A DNA stretch of 64,000 nt, taken from Macrostomum lignano (taxonomy: Eukaryota). Location: positions 62,001 through 126,000 of the forward strand of contig NIVC01000698.1 in NCBI GenBank assembly GCA_002269645.1. Reading direction: 5' to 3'. Shown piece by piece: positions 62,301 through 64,000 of this stretch. A program made the position numbers and the translations under genes. Numbering within the stretch: the stretch's first letter is position 1; each line of letters starts with the position of its first letter. Below the pieces are notes generated by a model, which was given only the letters and a program-made list of their open reading frames with translations, did no database searches and was not told where the DNA came from.

Positions 62301-63319
62301 GTTGAATTTTTAAGGCAAAATATTAGTATTAAAAGTAATATTTGAGACTATTTTTGCTTCTATTTTTGATTGTTATATAGAGATAATAATCTTTTTTTAG
62401 AAAAACAACATTATCTTATGACATATTTAAGTAAGTTTAAAAATTCGTACTAATAGTAGTAAAGAAGCAAATCATATATTAAAATTTATATTTGTCATTG
62501 GTATAAATTTTATATTTAAATCTATGATGCAAGGTTTAAAAAGGTGCCATACAATGTAGTGTAATTAATAGAAATTAGCATAGTATAATAAACTTGTTAT
62601 GGGCCAATTATGTTCATATTACAATATTTGTAAACATAATAATAAAAATTAGTCCTAGGATTTGGGACCCCAAATTCTGGGACTAGAAATCCCAATATTT
62701 GGGCCAAATCCTGGGATTTTGGGATCCTAGGATTGCATATTACTATAAAGGGATTTTTGTGGCACAGCTCTAGACAATTTAGTGCTCTAAAATGATATAC
62801 CTTGAATTATTTAATATATATCTTATTTATAAATGATTTTTAGTTCTCTTAATGTTAGGGTCTTATAATATTTTCTCAAATCACTATAGTTAAACAAAAG
62901 TTGGGTAAGAATTTAAATATGATTTTTTCTAAGAAAGTATTAGAGCTAAAGTATTATATAGTAGTTTTTAGGCTTGTAATAATGAATTTAAATAAATGTT
63001 TATGCATTTTGATTTTTCATTACAAATAGTATAGGCAAAAAGATAAATATCAACTAAAAAGGGCTCTTTATACAAGAAAAAAGGTCATTTACAAAAAAAT
63101 TTATTGTAACACCAGCCTAGATTTTAGATTCTAAAGACTCAAAAGACTCAATCAAGACTCAATCTTTTTGAGTCTTGATTGAGTCTCAAAAAGCTTTTGA
63201 GACTCAATCAAAAAGGGGCTTAGCTTAAAAAATGTAATGCATGTCTATCCTATTTTAAGTTTATCAAAAAGACAAAATATATAGGCCCTTGTATTGGCTC
63301 TTCAAATTATGCTAAATTA

Positions 63320-64000
63320 TCTATACCTATAAAAACCAAAACTCTGTCTGTCTGTCTGTCTGTGGACAAATTACTTCGCTATGGACTCCCAAACCGCTCA
63401 ACCAAATGACACCAAACTTTACACCCACCCTAAACTTACTACGGAGAATGTCTTAGGCTACCTTTAAATTTCCTAGACTCAAGTCTTCCTACCTAAAAGT
63501 ACAAAAAACTGCTCAAAATGCGCGATTTTTTCACTAAATCCTCCACAGCGCCGCTCCACGTTTACCGATTCTCTTCAAATTTGACGCAGACAATCTTCAA
63601 CTATTTTGGCACAATTATGTAAAATTTCGAGTCTCAAAGTTAATCCTGAGCGGTGCTGTGCACTTTTAAAATTAGGCTGTTTTTTTCAGCGTAGCAACCA
63701 CCCCAACCTCCGCCTGCCTCTCTTTCCCGATCTGGGCCCAGATGTGTAAAAGGGGTTTCAAAATTAACTAACTTTCGGCTGCCATAAGTTTGCTCCACGT
63801 GAAGTGATTGACTTCAAACTTGACACAATTCTTCATTGACCCATTCTCTATCTAAATGTAAAGTTTCAACTCTGTAACTCAACCGAAAAAGAAACTGTAA
63901 GCATGTGAAGTTTGTCTGCTTTTTCTGTTGTTTGTGCCACTCACTCACTCATTCCCCCAGCCCAGACGAAGGGTCAGGCGATAGGGCTGAATGTACATAG
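63320..64000 (+). mobile_element. Helitron-like non-autonomous element (5' end seen; 3' end at or beyond the window edge)
   Basis: A|TCTATACCTATAAAA start, (ctgt)n microsatellite, aaaccgctcaacc..accaaacttt motif with internal degenerate repeats, possible hairpin near 63962-63978. Confidence 0.5.

Overview
This is eukaryotic (metazoan) genomic DNA. It has GC- and CpG-rich exons with polyQ tracts and minisatellite-filled introns; this style suggests a Macrostomum-like flatworm, which is inference only. Four minus-strand genes were reconstructed by hand from GT-AG junctions: an ARHGAP19-type RhoGAP (11449-1406), an SLC41/MgtE Mg2+ transporter (26136-21720), an intronless G-protein gamma subunit (28164-27961) and vigilin/HDLBP (46147-38172). 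A possible first exon of a fifth gene lies at the left edge. Between and inside the genes are about 20 different tandem arrays and many transposons. These are two disrupted mariners, two non-autonomous hAT elements, a three-copy MITE family with 8-bp TSDs, two tRNA-derived SINEs, a nested stack (putative solo LTR > CMC/EnSpm-like element > MITE + SINE) and a Helitron-like end. The strongest unexpected signal is a position-dependent CpG-deamination imprint: 18 of 20 CpGs in one MITE copy are TG/CA/TA in a sister copy, while a third copy among vigilin coding exons keeps its CpGs. Other notable items are a decayed duplicate of vigilin's first coding exon and a phase conflict in ARHGAP19 that a 19-nt microexon would solve. 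I found no prokaryotic system and no CRISPR array. All coordinates were read by eye and repeat boundaries are approximate.
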